In this document: positions 49,242 through 60,300 of the stretch, piece after piece
Numbering within the stretch: position 1 is the stretch's first letter
Layout of the letters: every line of letters begins with the position of its first letter
Source: Eutreptiella sp. 'Long Island Sound 2002'
Taxonomy: Eukaryota; Protista; Euglenida
Assembly (NCBI GenBank): GCA_964036045.1
Contig: OZ038378.1
Coordinates: 132,370,001-132,434,000, forward strand
Reading direction: 5' to 3'
Length of the DNA stretch: 64,000 nt
Translations under genes and position numbers: made by a program
The notes under the pieces: model-generated
What the model was told of the DNA's origin: nothing
The model's input: the letters and a program-made list of their open reading frames with translations, nothing else
The model's database searches: none

Positions 49242-49673
49242 ATGGCGCATACCATTTGGCGGCGTTGCGTGCCGAGGGACCTGTTGCGTACGTACCAGGC
49301 ATGGGACAAGAAGTATGCCAGTGGTATACCAATGGTGGACAGCCCAGCCGTGGGTGACATGCTAAGCTCTATCCGCAAGGCGGGACCTTTGAAGAGGTGC
49401 AGCGAGGCCGGAGGTACCAGCAAAGCGAGGGTCATTCCTAAGAACTCGCAGACTTGTGCACTCATTTTTGAGTGTGTTGGTTTGAACGACGCAGGCTGGC
49501 GTAAGCCGCCCAAATTCCGTTTGCCCCAGGTAGAACAAGTGACTCGCCTGATGGCGAATGCGGGACATAAGGCTTTTCTAGGGAAAATAAACCTCAGCAA
49601 TTGTTTTTGGTCTATTCGCATGCCGTACCGGTGGTGTCGGGTTTTCTGTGTGAACACGCCCCAGGGCTGTTTC
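49242..49673 (+). pseudogene. RT N-terminal half of element 2 (within the inverted segment)
   Basis: ARVIPKN..CALIFECVGLN, PPKFRLP, KINLSNCFWSI; it stops at PQGCF just before the expected LPFG. Confidence 0.9.
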
Positions 49674-49794
49674 GACAGCCACGAGTGCCCAGGCTCTGAC
49701 TCGATGGCATCCAGGTACTAATGCGCGGCCTTAGGGAGTACGAGACCCCCTCTGTCCACCTCATCCAATGCGCCCCCCCCCCTTGCTCCCGTAG

Positions 49795-51846
49795 TCAGGC
49801 CCCACGGCCAAAGGCCTCGGCCTCGTGGTACCACTGCCGTTGCCCACACTTGGAGCATGGCACCTCTGGCGGGTTGGTACAATCGATCCACCGCTGGCTC
49901 TCCTTGGACCAAAACTCCCGTTGCCCGTCCGCGACCCTGATTGCCACCTTTCCTTTGTTTCCGGCGCTCGCAGGCTGTGTGGCCTTTTGGCGTCCACTTT
50001 TGCCATTGGACTGGGAGGATGACGAACTGTCCGGGCTGTCACTGAACTCGCTGGAACTTCCGCTGCAGGAGTCAGTATCCCTTGACTTGTGATTCTTACC
50101 CTTCTTGTTCTTGTGGCCAGCCGTTTTCGCCTTCTTGCGTTCCATGCAGCGCTTCTTCTTTTCTTTCTTGTGCTTCTTCTTCCATTCTTCATTCAAGTAA
50201 GCACTCCCCTGGCGATCCATCTTCCGCATGACTTCCCATATGGCATTTGCCAGGCTATGCTCGTCCGCTCTCTCCGGCTGCTGCAGGTAGTCACGAAGGG
50301 CCTTGGTGAGTCTTACCGTCCATTTGGCTGCACCCGGTCGCTTCCTGATTTTGCGCACGTTCTCCAAGTTCAGGACCTCGTACAGGCTCTCTTCCTTGTC
50401 GCTACTGTCAAGCTCTCGTGGGTGCTCATCGTGTTCTTTTCTGTTCGCTCCTTCCAACCTGACCTGATGCTCGAGCTCGTCGTACTCTCTGCGGGCCTCC
50501 TGCAATGCATACCGGTCATCAGGGTCGTGGTACTCCTCGCGGCGAACTTGCACGTACCGCATCACGGAGAAGTCCAACAGGGCGCCTGCATACGTCTCAA
50601 AACATCCCGACAACATCCACATATGCTCTGGCTCCAGCCCCGGGCAGTTGATGCTGACGTCTATCAACAGAGAGGGCAAACTGCCTGCAAACCTGCCTAT
50701 CATCTTTTCTATGGCTCGTGTCAATGCCCCGGCTGTCGTCGGCGAACCCGCCAAATACTCCCCCCAGGGTTTGTACTTCTGCACACGGAAGACGGCCAGC
50801 GCCGCCATCGGGTGTGAGTCCCCAGCTCCCCCCGTTAGACGGGCCCTCATTTCCAACAGCATCCCAGGTATGACACCGAGGTCTCGCAAGCTCACGTTTC
50901 TCACCAACATCGTAGCCCCCGCAATAAAGATGACGTTCGCAAGCTGCTCAGGACAGCATGCCGCAAACTACCTGTAGTCCTTGTCCAGCTGCACGGGCAC
51001 CTGGTGCACGGCTCCGCGCAGGCCGCGCAGTAGAAGGTGGCCATCCCATACAAGCAATTGCCCTTCCGGGTCCAGTGGCCGCTCGTCTGCACCCTCCGGG
51101 AAGAACACCGTCTTGTATACCTCAGCGAAGCCGTCACCATTCTGTACACTGTCCCACTCATTAAGCACCGTGTCCGAGTGCCAACCTTCTACTTGGTCTT
51201 GCCACCATTCCACGAGCTCTTCCTCAGCCGCACAGTCCACACCCCCAAAATCATCTTCCCCTGCTACAGGGGGGCTACCAGGCACATCCATGCCCAGCTC
51301 TACCTCGCTTTTGCCGCTGCTGCACTCCCAGGGCTGCCGGACCCCGCCCAGATGGGCACGCATCGCGCTTGGCGAGCAAGGGCGTAGGCCATTCCCCTGG
51401 CAAGTGTGCACAATTGCCCCCTGTGCGTGTGTCACCGCCGTGGGGCCATAAGTCACCTGCGTACCCAACTCGGCTGCGCTCCTGCCGCCGCTGCACCCCC
51501 GCCCTTGCCAGCAGCCGTCACCACTGGACCGGGATCGAGGGGGGCCAGACCTGATGAGCCTCTCACCGTCGTCACAGTGGATTCCTTCAACCGGTCGGCC
51601 TGCTTCGCGGGAAACACCGGCGTGTGTCGCCGGTGTGGGGTCACCACACACCTCCATACCAAGCTCCACTGCTCTCCTGCCGCCGCTGCACCCCCGCCCT
51701 TGCCAGCAGCCGTCGCCACTGGACCGGGACCGAGGGAGACCAGACCCGGCGAGTCTCTCATCGTCGTCACAGTGGATACCATCGCCCGGCTGGCCTGCTT
51801 CGCGGGAACCGCTGGCGTTTGCCGCCGCGGGGGGGTCACCAGGCAC
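49795..51846 (-). pseudogene. ORF1 of element 2: repeats + acidic region + ubiquitin-like domain + gag-like region + K/S-rich tract + CxxC knuckle
   Basis: ORFs 50968-51846 and 49795-50910 are in frame, separated by one TAG. Ends PPEVPCSKCGQRQW. Confidence 0.8.
50827..51042 (-). other. Ubiquitin-like domain (~71 aa) ending in RLTGG
   Basis: HLLLRGLRGAVHQVPV...IFIAGATMLVRNVSLRDLGVIPGMLLEMRARLTGG parallels the ubiquitin pattern QIFVKTLTGKTITLEV...[34 protein letters not shown]. Confidence 0.75.
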
Positions 51847-52010
51847 CTCTGTACCCAGTTCTCTTGTGCTCCTGCCGGCGCCGCATGGCCGCCATCGCCT
51901 GCAGTCGCCGTGACTGGTCTTGGTCGGGGCGGGGCTGTCGTCTGATCAAGCGAGTTCCTCACCGTCATCACCGTAGGGTCGATCTCCAGGCCGGCCTTCC
52001 GCGCGGGCCT
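51440..52010. repeat. 195-bp (65-aa) tandem repeat, ~2.5-3 copies, in the ORF1 5' region
   Basis: cgtcgtcacagtggat at ~51567 and ~51762; a diverged third copy at ~51957. Confidence 0.85.
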
Positions 52011-52484
52011 CACCGGCTTGTATCGTTGCGGGTGAGGTACAGGGCACACCTGCACCATGCTCCCCGCGGTACTTTCTGCCTCCGCATCCCCGTTCGCGCC
52101 CCCAATTGCTTCGAGCGGGCTGTGCTTGAGGCAGGCCGCTATCGATGTCGCCCACGATCACTCCACTGTCGTCGTCACGACGCCCACCGCGGGGCGGCCC
52201 GGCTGCCCCCGCGTCCTAATATCCCAATCGGCCGGTCTGGTCATTGTCGTCCTTGACCACTTCTCCACGTTGGCGAGCCGTCGACGCTCCTACGGCATGA
52301 GAAAGGCACCCGTAGTCGCGGGGTGCCTCCCATCGGGCCTGTCTGCTCATGTAAAAATGAAAAACGGACTGCACAGGGAAAAGGAAGCAACGTGCAGTCC
52401 AGAACTACAGTCATGGCGGAGACTGCTGCTGTCCCTGCTACCGACAGCCTCCATCAGAACTTCAATACAGCGCACAGGGGGACA

Positions 52485-52780
52485 GAGTTCATACAACACG
52501 TGATGGAGGAGTCCATTAGACTCTGGTACGCCCACGCCAAGGCGCGTGCCACGTTGCTAAAAGGCCGCCTAGCCCCGAGCAGCGCGATGGCGAGGGTGTT
52601 GCAGCAGCTACGCCTGCACCAACAAGCTGAAAGAGAGGGAGTTCACCGGGAGCTCCTGGGATGACGACTGTCGCGAGGGGGGTGACATCTAGGTTCCCCA
52701 GACTCCCCCTCATTCCGCCCCACAACCACACACTTACGCACGGCGCGCAAACAACTCACACAGCCCTCACGTTTACGTGA
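52485..52780 (+). mobile_element. Displaced 3' end of LINE B
   Basis: Joining at GAGTTCA restores the frame ...GVSRAARAEF|IQHVMEESIRLWYAHAKAR...ELLG* (stop at 52664). The 3' end is approximate. Confidence 0.8.
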
Positions 52781-52829
52781 CCCGTGGGTAGAAATCCCAG
52801 CCATTGCCTTCCGGTAGCAGCGCCTTCGG

Positions 52830-53260
52830 CACACCACATGACACCACTTCACACCTGAGAGCACCACAACACACCACAACACTGCATAGCGTACCACGGC
52901 ACACATGCAAGCTGAAATCAGGTCTTTTTGTGGAATTTTCATCATATTTGCATGACGGAATGCACCTTTGAAACAAAGAAAAGAACAGCATCCCACACCC
53001 CTGAGTTGAACCCCCCCCCCAAGACAAGTCCCAACCCCCCCCCGGTAAAAATGTGTTACGAAAGCACGGGACGCCCGCCCACCCCCCAAGGGAGGGCAGC
53101 CCCAAAGTGCCTCTGCCTATGTCCAAATGTGTGCTTGCATGTGTGTGTGTGCGTGTGGTGTGAGTTTGTGGAAGCACATATCACAAGATATACACCAAAT
53201 GTAATGGTTTCTATGTGTGTATGTGCTGTCATGGACCCCCCCCCCTCCCACATTGGTGTT
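52830..53260 (-). repeat. Diverged inverted copy of the head of the 22-32 kb repeat unit
   Basis: The reverse complement resembles 22100-22450 (CA tract, tttgacataggca, poly-G, TGTGG pentamers). Confidence 0.6.
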
Positions 53261-54059
53261 TGTTACTTGCCAAACCTGTGTGCAGGTTTTTGTTCAAGCC
53301 TTGTTCTAGCGAACTCTTCTAGCTAGGTTGTAGCGATCGACGATAGAAGGTCACTAGAACGGTTGTTTTTGTCGTTGAATTTTAGGTCAAAATTGTGTTT
53401 TTCCGAAAAATAACGTAGAGACCCCCAAGTACGGTAACAAGGGTCCAAATTGCACCCGTCAGACCCACCCCCTATGCCCATGGGTCGGGGAAACAACCAC
53501 TTTTTTTCATACGAGACTTCTAGCGCCATCGAGGCTAGAACGGGCTTGGGTCTTCTAGCGTGTACCTAGGGCATCCGTCTTGGCATCGGGCTAAGCCACG
53601 GTTAGCATCTTAGACGTTGGCGGGTCGGCCGGGGCAGCCGGAACGGCAGAAGATCCCGAGGGATGCTCAAGGGAATGTCCTCTGCTTGGCGAAAATGGAC
53701 GCGACACGCCGTGCCACCTGTGGGATCTGCAGCGTCACGGGGCCCCGTTGCCGGGGAAATCGCCGCTGCGTGCGGCGCAATGCCCGGGGCTGAGGCTCCC
53801 GTGAGTGCCACGTCACCTTGACACAAATCAGCAATCAAAGAGATCGCGCGAAAGCCAAAGAAGTAATAATATCTGAAATGACGCCACAATCGCGCGACCT
53901 TGGCGCGAAGATCGCAAACAAGAAGGGACTAGCGAACAGACAACGCACTGCGCACAGACAACACAATCGCGCCAAACTCGCACGGCTTTCGCCCAAATTT
54001 GCGGTTCGGAAGCGAGCACATGTTCGCGTACCTCCCATTCGCATGGACATATAATACTC

Positions 54060-55180
54060 CATCACCCACGCTTGCCTTCCTTGGCGTGCGTGAACAGCGG
54101 CGCGTCATTGTTGAGCTGCGAGACACTAGCGGACCGTGGACGCGGCAGGGTGATGCCAATCTCCCACTCCACCACGGCATCGGTGTCCGTGTGCGCATCC
54201 TTTGCCAGCTCGAGCTGGAAACACAACCGCAAGAGGAAAATTCCGGGCCGCCGACCGGCACGGTGTTGAGACGCGACGCACAGCGGGTGACGAACCAGGG
54301 GTGGTGGGAGCACATGGGGGGACGCGCTTGTGCCGGGGAGTCTGGGGGGTTGAAGCCATCATTCCGGAGGTCCCCCACTGCCAGCCCCAAATGGGCCTCC
54401 AACCCCCCCCCATAAGAAAAATGGGCGGACCAGCCTGCTGCTCAAGCGTCCCGACAAATTTTCTTCAACGGCGGGTCACTGGGGGGGCTCAAAGAAGGTG
54501 GCATTGCACACCACACATGCATGCTTCTTGTCGGGGGTCCAATGGTGAACATGGCCACTTTCATGTCTTGGCCACGGGGTGCTAGGAGACCATGGTGGCG
54601 CGCGGTGCTCACCACGGTGAGGACTTCCGGTTCGTTGAGAAGAACCTTGTCCCACCTCTCGAGCTCGGCCTGAAACAAGGCCGCTCGCGCCTTAACGCTC
54701 AGGCGGTGTTGGGGGGGGGAACCACAAAGGTGGAGAGCTGGCAGTCCGACTTTGACCGGTCGGACGTTTGGAGGTAGTGGAGGGCGGAGGAGGTGTCCAT
54801 GTGGGCCCGTTCACCGCCGGACTCCACACCGGACACAATGACGGACCCCGGGGGCTTGGCATGAACGGATGCGACGGGGTGAGGCATGTTGTGCTTCACC
54901 TTGTTTCCGTTTTTTGAGAAAACGTTACCAACCACGGCTTTTGTCGTAGAGGGTCTAGACTAATAGGGCTGGGGCAGGGAGGGATCGGCCCTTTGTTGCT
55001 GCACGGTTTTTTTGTTAAACAAAATAACTAATCGTGTTTGTGGCCTCCTTGAGCGTGTGCGGGCGATGCGGGAGGCCAAGGAACTGGGCCTGTGTGTCGG
55101 TACCGGGGTTGGGCAGCTAACATGTTGCGAGAGGGCCGTAGGAAAAAAATTTAGAGCTGCCCAGGGGGACGAAAGCATGG
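54060..55180 (-). pseudogene. 2OG-Fe(II) dioxygenase-like pseudogene, copy 1
   Basis: ILFNKKTVQQQRADP, SGGERAHMD (HxD 54803-54795), LSTFV, VLLNEPEVLTVVSTARHHG (distal His ~54597-54592). Confidence 0.6.
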
Positions 55181-55318
55181 TAAGCTGCTAAACTTAAGAA
55201 AGATGCCGCATTTTGGCGCAATCTTGGCAGGAATGTGAATTACACGCAAGCGCGAACGAGACATGCGTACAACGATGCCAATATGCGCGTGAATTGAACA
55301 ACCTTTTGTGAATCTCCC

Positions 55319-55672
55319 TTGCATCAACAACCACTCGAACTATATTTTGTATGTTTTTAATTTTCTTTGTTTTTGGGTAACGTAAGCAAGGCGAACGGGA
55401 ACAGAGACACATTATAACGGGCAAAATGGGTCAAAGGAGAGCGACGTGCGCATGTTTATTCAAAAGGGGGGTGCACAAAGGGTACATGGACATCTATGTT
55501 GCACAAGCAACATATGTGTACCCTTTGTGCACCGCACTTTTGAGTGAGCATGCGCACGTCGCTCACTTTTGACCCGTTTTGTGCGTCATTTGGTGTCACT
55601 ATGCCCATTTGCCGTGCTTACTTTGCTAAAATTTAAAAACACGCAAAATGTAGTTTGAGTGGATGTGTTGCA
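55319..55672. repeat. ~350-bp imperfect palindrome (core 55423-55580)
   Basis: aaaatgggtcaaaggagagcgacgtgcgcatg...gtgcacaaagggtaca pairs with tgtaccctttgtgcac...catgcgcacgtcgctcacttttgacccgtttt; the outer arms also match. Confidence 0.92.
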
Positions 55673-56179
55673 CGCATTCACATATAACTCCCATTCGCCG
55701 GAAGATCGCCTTAACATCCGCGAATGTTTTTTTCAACTGGGGCACCTTTCCATGCCTTCTCTCTCTCTAATATCTCTTGCAATGCCCTTCTCGTAAAAAG
55801 TTATAGCCTTCCCACCCTAGCCGCCAACACCCACTTTAAAGCCCTCACCGCCACCTGCACCAGCTGGAGGAGGCCACTTACACGGGGTGCTAGGTAGTGC
55901 CGCAGGTGGTGGAGTGGGTGGCGGATTGGCACCCCTCCTCCACTCTCATCCACGCTGACATGGGGGAACCAGAGCTTGCGGGTGCACTCCGCAAGCAGGG
56001 GTGAGCCAAACAACGCTAGCAACAGCTGCAGCTGGCCCTCCCCGGGTTGCGGGCCGTCCGCCTTATCCCAAGAACCAAAGCGGTTGACTGCCTCTAGGGT
56101 GTCATGTCTTTGCACAGGGCGGCGAAGTTGAATTCGGAGGTTTCCACCAACTACCCCACAACTAACCTCTTTCACTGCG

Positions 56180-57580
56180 CATGGATATGATCGTTCTGAA
56201 CGAGTACTTCCATGTTGCTGATCTGCAAGGGGGCATTCCTCTTTCCCCTTTCGGTGGCAGACCGCCTCGGCTCAGTGGCGGGATCACTTGGGGAATTTTC
56301 CCCCCCCACCGTGAGATGCCCCCCATCCAGCACAACCCCGACATCACTCTTCCCGGGCTAAATCAAATGAGTGTGTTGAGTTGGTATAGGGAATTGGCCC
56401 CCCTCCCTTCACCAACCCCGTAACCCCTTTGCGAACCACCCCCTTGCCGGACCCGGCCGCCTATGCAGGGCCTAACCCCTCCCTCCTACCCGGCCGTCCT
56501 GCACCAGCCATGGGCACCAACTTTCCTAATGGGCTTGGGTATACGGTCGACGAAGACGACTGGGGTCCCGCTGCCCGCAACGTGGCTTGCGAAAGGATGG
56601 AAAAAATTTGGGGCGATGGGGGGCAACAAAGTTCCAAAGCATTTCGATGCTGTGTTTCACGGGAAAAAAAACGGTAGGACAACAAAGGCCTGATCCCTGC
56701 ATGCCCCACCACTACCAGTCCATGAGCTGTAAGACAGAGGTCCCGGCTCGTACTGCGTTCCAAAAGGTCCTCACCAAGGTAAAGGAAGGGATGCATGACC
56801 CCCTCGAGTCCATTTACCCCATGCGCCCCAGTTCGGTCATTTTGTCGGGTGTGGAGTCCGGCGATCAGCTAGCCCACACGGACACCTCCACTACCCCCCA
56901 CGTCTTCCACCTGTCCAACCGGTCAAAGTCAGACTGCCGCCTCTCCACCTTTGTGGCCCACTCCCCCAAGTACCGTCCAAATAATCCGGCAGGAAGGGCC
57001 TTGGGGGAGGCCGAGGTGGAGAGGTTGGTCGAGGTCCTCCTCAGCCAAAGGGACATCCTCATCGTGGCGAGCAGCACCGCCACCACTGTCCCCACGCCCA
57101 GCCAACCCAGACATGCAAGGGGCCTTGTTCACCCAGTGGAACCCCAACAAGAGACATGCAAGTGTGGTGCCCAACGCCACCCTCCTCAATCCCTGGCTGA
57201 CCCGTTACTGATGATATTTTTGAGGACGCTTGATCACCGGGACCTCCCCACGTATGTCCACCTCCTTTTGCGGGAAGCAAGGTGGGGGGGAGGCCCATCT
57301 GGGGCGGGCCGTGGAAAACCTGCATGATGTTGTCTTTAACCCCCCCCCCCCCGACCGAGGGGCACAAGCATGTCCCCCAATGTGCACCTACGACCCCACT
57401 TTCCTCACCTGTTCAACGGCGGTGAGATCACCCTGTCGTGGGGGCCCTATCGGATAGAAGTGGCCAAGGTCACGCGGATGGACGGCGATGCCTTGGTGGA
57501 GTGGATAATAGGCAGAACCCTGGTGCCTGCACGGCCTGCAAGCGCGTGGCAGCTTGTGAACGACGCGCGATTGTAGAGAT
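56180..57580 (+). pseudogene. 2OG-Fe(II) dioxygenase-like pseudogene, copy 2
   Basis: KKTVGQQRPDP, SGDQLAHTD (HxD 56875-56883), LSTFVA, VLLSQRDILIVASST. The downstream module DALVEWIIGRTL...QLVNDARL matches copy 1 DAVVEWEIGITL...QLNNDAPL. Confidence 0.6.
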
Positions 57581-59199
57581 TAGAATTTTGTTGGCTCCAA
57601 AATTTGCGCCTCCGAGATGTTTCTTCTTTCGGATTTGTGTATAAGTGACGTGGCATTGCTGGGAGCCTAGCCCCCGCACATTGGACCATAGCAAGCAACA
57701 ATTTCACCCTTCTACGGGGCCCCGTGACTCCGCATAGTCCACATCTAGCACGCATGGTGGCATCCACTTTCACCATGCGAAGGATCTTGATTTCCCTGCT
57801 GCCTCCGCGGATGCCCCGCCACCTTCCTGGGCTGAGCCGTGAGCCCAATCTGCCGATGCCAAGTCGGGTGCCACCAGGTACCCTGGCAACGCCCTCGCCA
57901 TCACAGTCCTGCCGATGTTGTGTCTGTAGCCCGCCTTTGCTCGGAAGTTGGAGCTCGCGGGATGAAAAAGGGCTAGGGTTGAGTTTGTGTCCTCCATGTG
58001 GGGATTGGACGTGGAGACCCAGGCTAAGGGGCAGAATGCCCCGCCTTTGTGCGGGATTCATTCCCCTATGCTACCACCATGGCAACAGGGGGTCCAACTG
58101 ACAAAGGGGGAGCAGCTCCTGGGGCTGTATCACCGTTTGCGGGGGGGGGCGTTGGAAATGGGAAGTGCTGTGCTGGGGCGGCATGAGCGAGGGGAGCCAT
58201 CGCTTATAAAGCAAGAGGTGTCTGTGTGTTCTTCTATGGGAGCTTTGTTTAAGTTCAGCGACGAGTGGAATCAGAAACCTTGACCTTCTTTGTCCGGGGA
58301 GCATCTGAGTGCGGATCGAGGTCACTTGCCTCTTCTATCTATCTTCGAGGGCCCGAGGCTGCATAACACAAACTAGGGCGTACAGCACGTGGTAACCGGC
58401 AACAAAAGGGGTACAATTTTGCTCAGACCTCCAACTGTAATACTCTCCGAATTGGAATCCGTAGTGTCATTGTAAGCAATTCAATCGTAAGGAGGCATAC
58501 CAAGGAGGAGAAAATAGCATTGAAGAATATGTTTTGTTGACCTTTGCGTTATGAAGAGCACATCAATATCAATGGAAAAGAATTGAGAGGTTATTCGCGA
58601 CGATTTCACATTCGAGAGCTGCCCACAACACACAACCAAAGAAGGAAGAAACAATTTGTGAATTGGGTTTCCTTACTAAAATGATGCATGATATTGGTCA
58701 TTCACCGAATGTTGTGCCTTGTCAAGATGAATGGCTGCAAGCTGTTGTAGACATTGCACTTCATGGTGACGAATTGGCTTCGAAGCGCTCCGTACCAAGC
58801 AACAGCGTTCATACCCTTGAGATTGGCATCTCTAGCTCATGTTTTACATGCTGCGCCTGCACAAGGATTACAATGACACCATAAAATGCTCATGTTGAAA
58901 ACCTCCAAATTCACGTGCCAGATTTGCATGGGGAAAAGGGACACTTTCTAACCTGCCCTATTGGGTCGGATCGAAGGTAGCAAGGGCTAGCCTCATAAAG
59001 CAGCTAAGATTGAAAGGTGAAAGGTAGACCCTCAAAGACGGTGTTTGGCCCTTTCCCGAACTACTCGCTGAAGCGTGGCATACCGGTTCAACAAAATCAC
59101 CTACACGGCCACAATGCAGAGCACGCGTGTTACACATAAGTGTGTTGGATTGCCCACAAGGGACACCAACCTTGGGGGCAGTGTTGGCTAGTACCATCA

Positions 59200-60300
59200 C
59201 ATGTGGCCGAACTTTAATGGGGAATTCTGAAGCACAACAATCACCAATTGAAGAAGTTGTGGCAAACTGGCAAGCAGAAATGGTCATGTGGCGATAAGAA
59301 TATGATGCTTTAGGTCCACAACATGATATTACGACGATTATTCAAGGTGTGAAGCACATGGTGGAGACAATGGTGCGTAAAATGCAAGTTGCTGTGCTGC
59401 AACGGGTGTTTTCGGTTATGTGGACCGATCTCTGTACAACATGCGCAGTCGAAAGCAAACAAATGTGGCACCGTGGCCGATCAAGGCAGAAATTTTTGGA
59501 AGATACCCCAATCAATAAGTTGATGTTGGTGTGTATTGACGGCTCATCCCAAGATGCCAGCAAGAACCCTACTTCCCGTCGCACAAAACACGTGACTTGC
59601 TTACTGGCTGGCAGCCCCCAAAGCCACCGTGCAATGATTGTGGACATGTGCACTAGCACTGGTAATTTGGGCATGTATGGATATAATGAGCAATTTGCCC
59701 GCAAGCACCACGGGCCGTGTGCACGGAGGACTGGTGGGGCAATGATTCTGTGCATCGCCGGCGAGCCTCTCCCCCCACCTGAGTCCGATGCCATCCCTAG
59801 CACCCTATCCCCCGAGGCCGTCTGCCCGAACAACCGCCTAGCCCAGCTTGTGGAGGACCTCTAATAGACTCTGGAGAGGTTGGCAAAACTTCTGCTGCTC
59901 GTGTCGAGTGCGGCAATAGTAGTGCTCGCCAAGACCATTCGCAGGTCGCAAAACACCACGCACGACAAGTACACGTTCTCATACGAGACCACGGCTTTCC
60001 GGAGTATTTGCAAACACATCTTAGAGTGCTGCAGCACGATTTCTCCGCTGCACTTTCGCATATGCCCCTGCTTAGTTGTCCTTGACCGGCTCCCCCCGCA
60101 ATATCACGATCTACGTCTTGTAAATGAAAACAAGAGATGCACGGGGGGGGGGGGATACTAGCATTGCGTGCATCGATGCTCTGGACTAGCTTTTCTAGTG
60201 AACCTAAGGGCTTGTCAGTGGCAGCGGAGCTGTAGGTGTCACTGAAGTTTACGTGAGGAGCAATAGACTGCTCACAAGCACGGTCAACCATGTGAGCACC
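59200..60300 (+). mobile_element. YR retrotransposon 3 remnant (gag C-terminus + YR); RT not found
   Basis: WQPPKPPCNDCGHVH*HW (~59615-59662) matches the ORF1 knuckle of element 2. Also TLERLAKLL..VVLA and GY*HCVHR (HxxR-like, ~60153-60176). Confidence 0.55.

Larger units (their letters stand above)
46388..52484 (-). mobile_element. YR retrotransposon 2 (~6.1 kb, VIPER/TATE-like) with split direct repeats A1...B1A2..B2 and an internal inversion, inserted in LINE B
   Basis: A repeats at 52337-52480 and 46589-46732; B repeats at 46736-46825 and 46391-46480. Gag, YR, RT and RH motifs are present. GAGTTCA occurs at both junctions. Confidence 0.93.

Noticed and set aside
59630-59665. IVDMCTSTGNLG as a SAM-binding motif I
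   Set aside because: It overlaps, in another frame, the gag CxxC knuckle homologous to elements 1 and 2, which is the better explanation.
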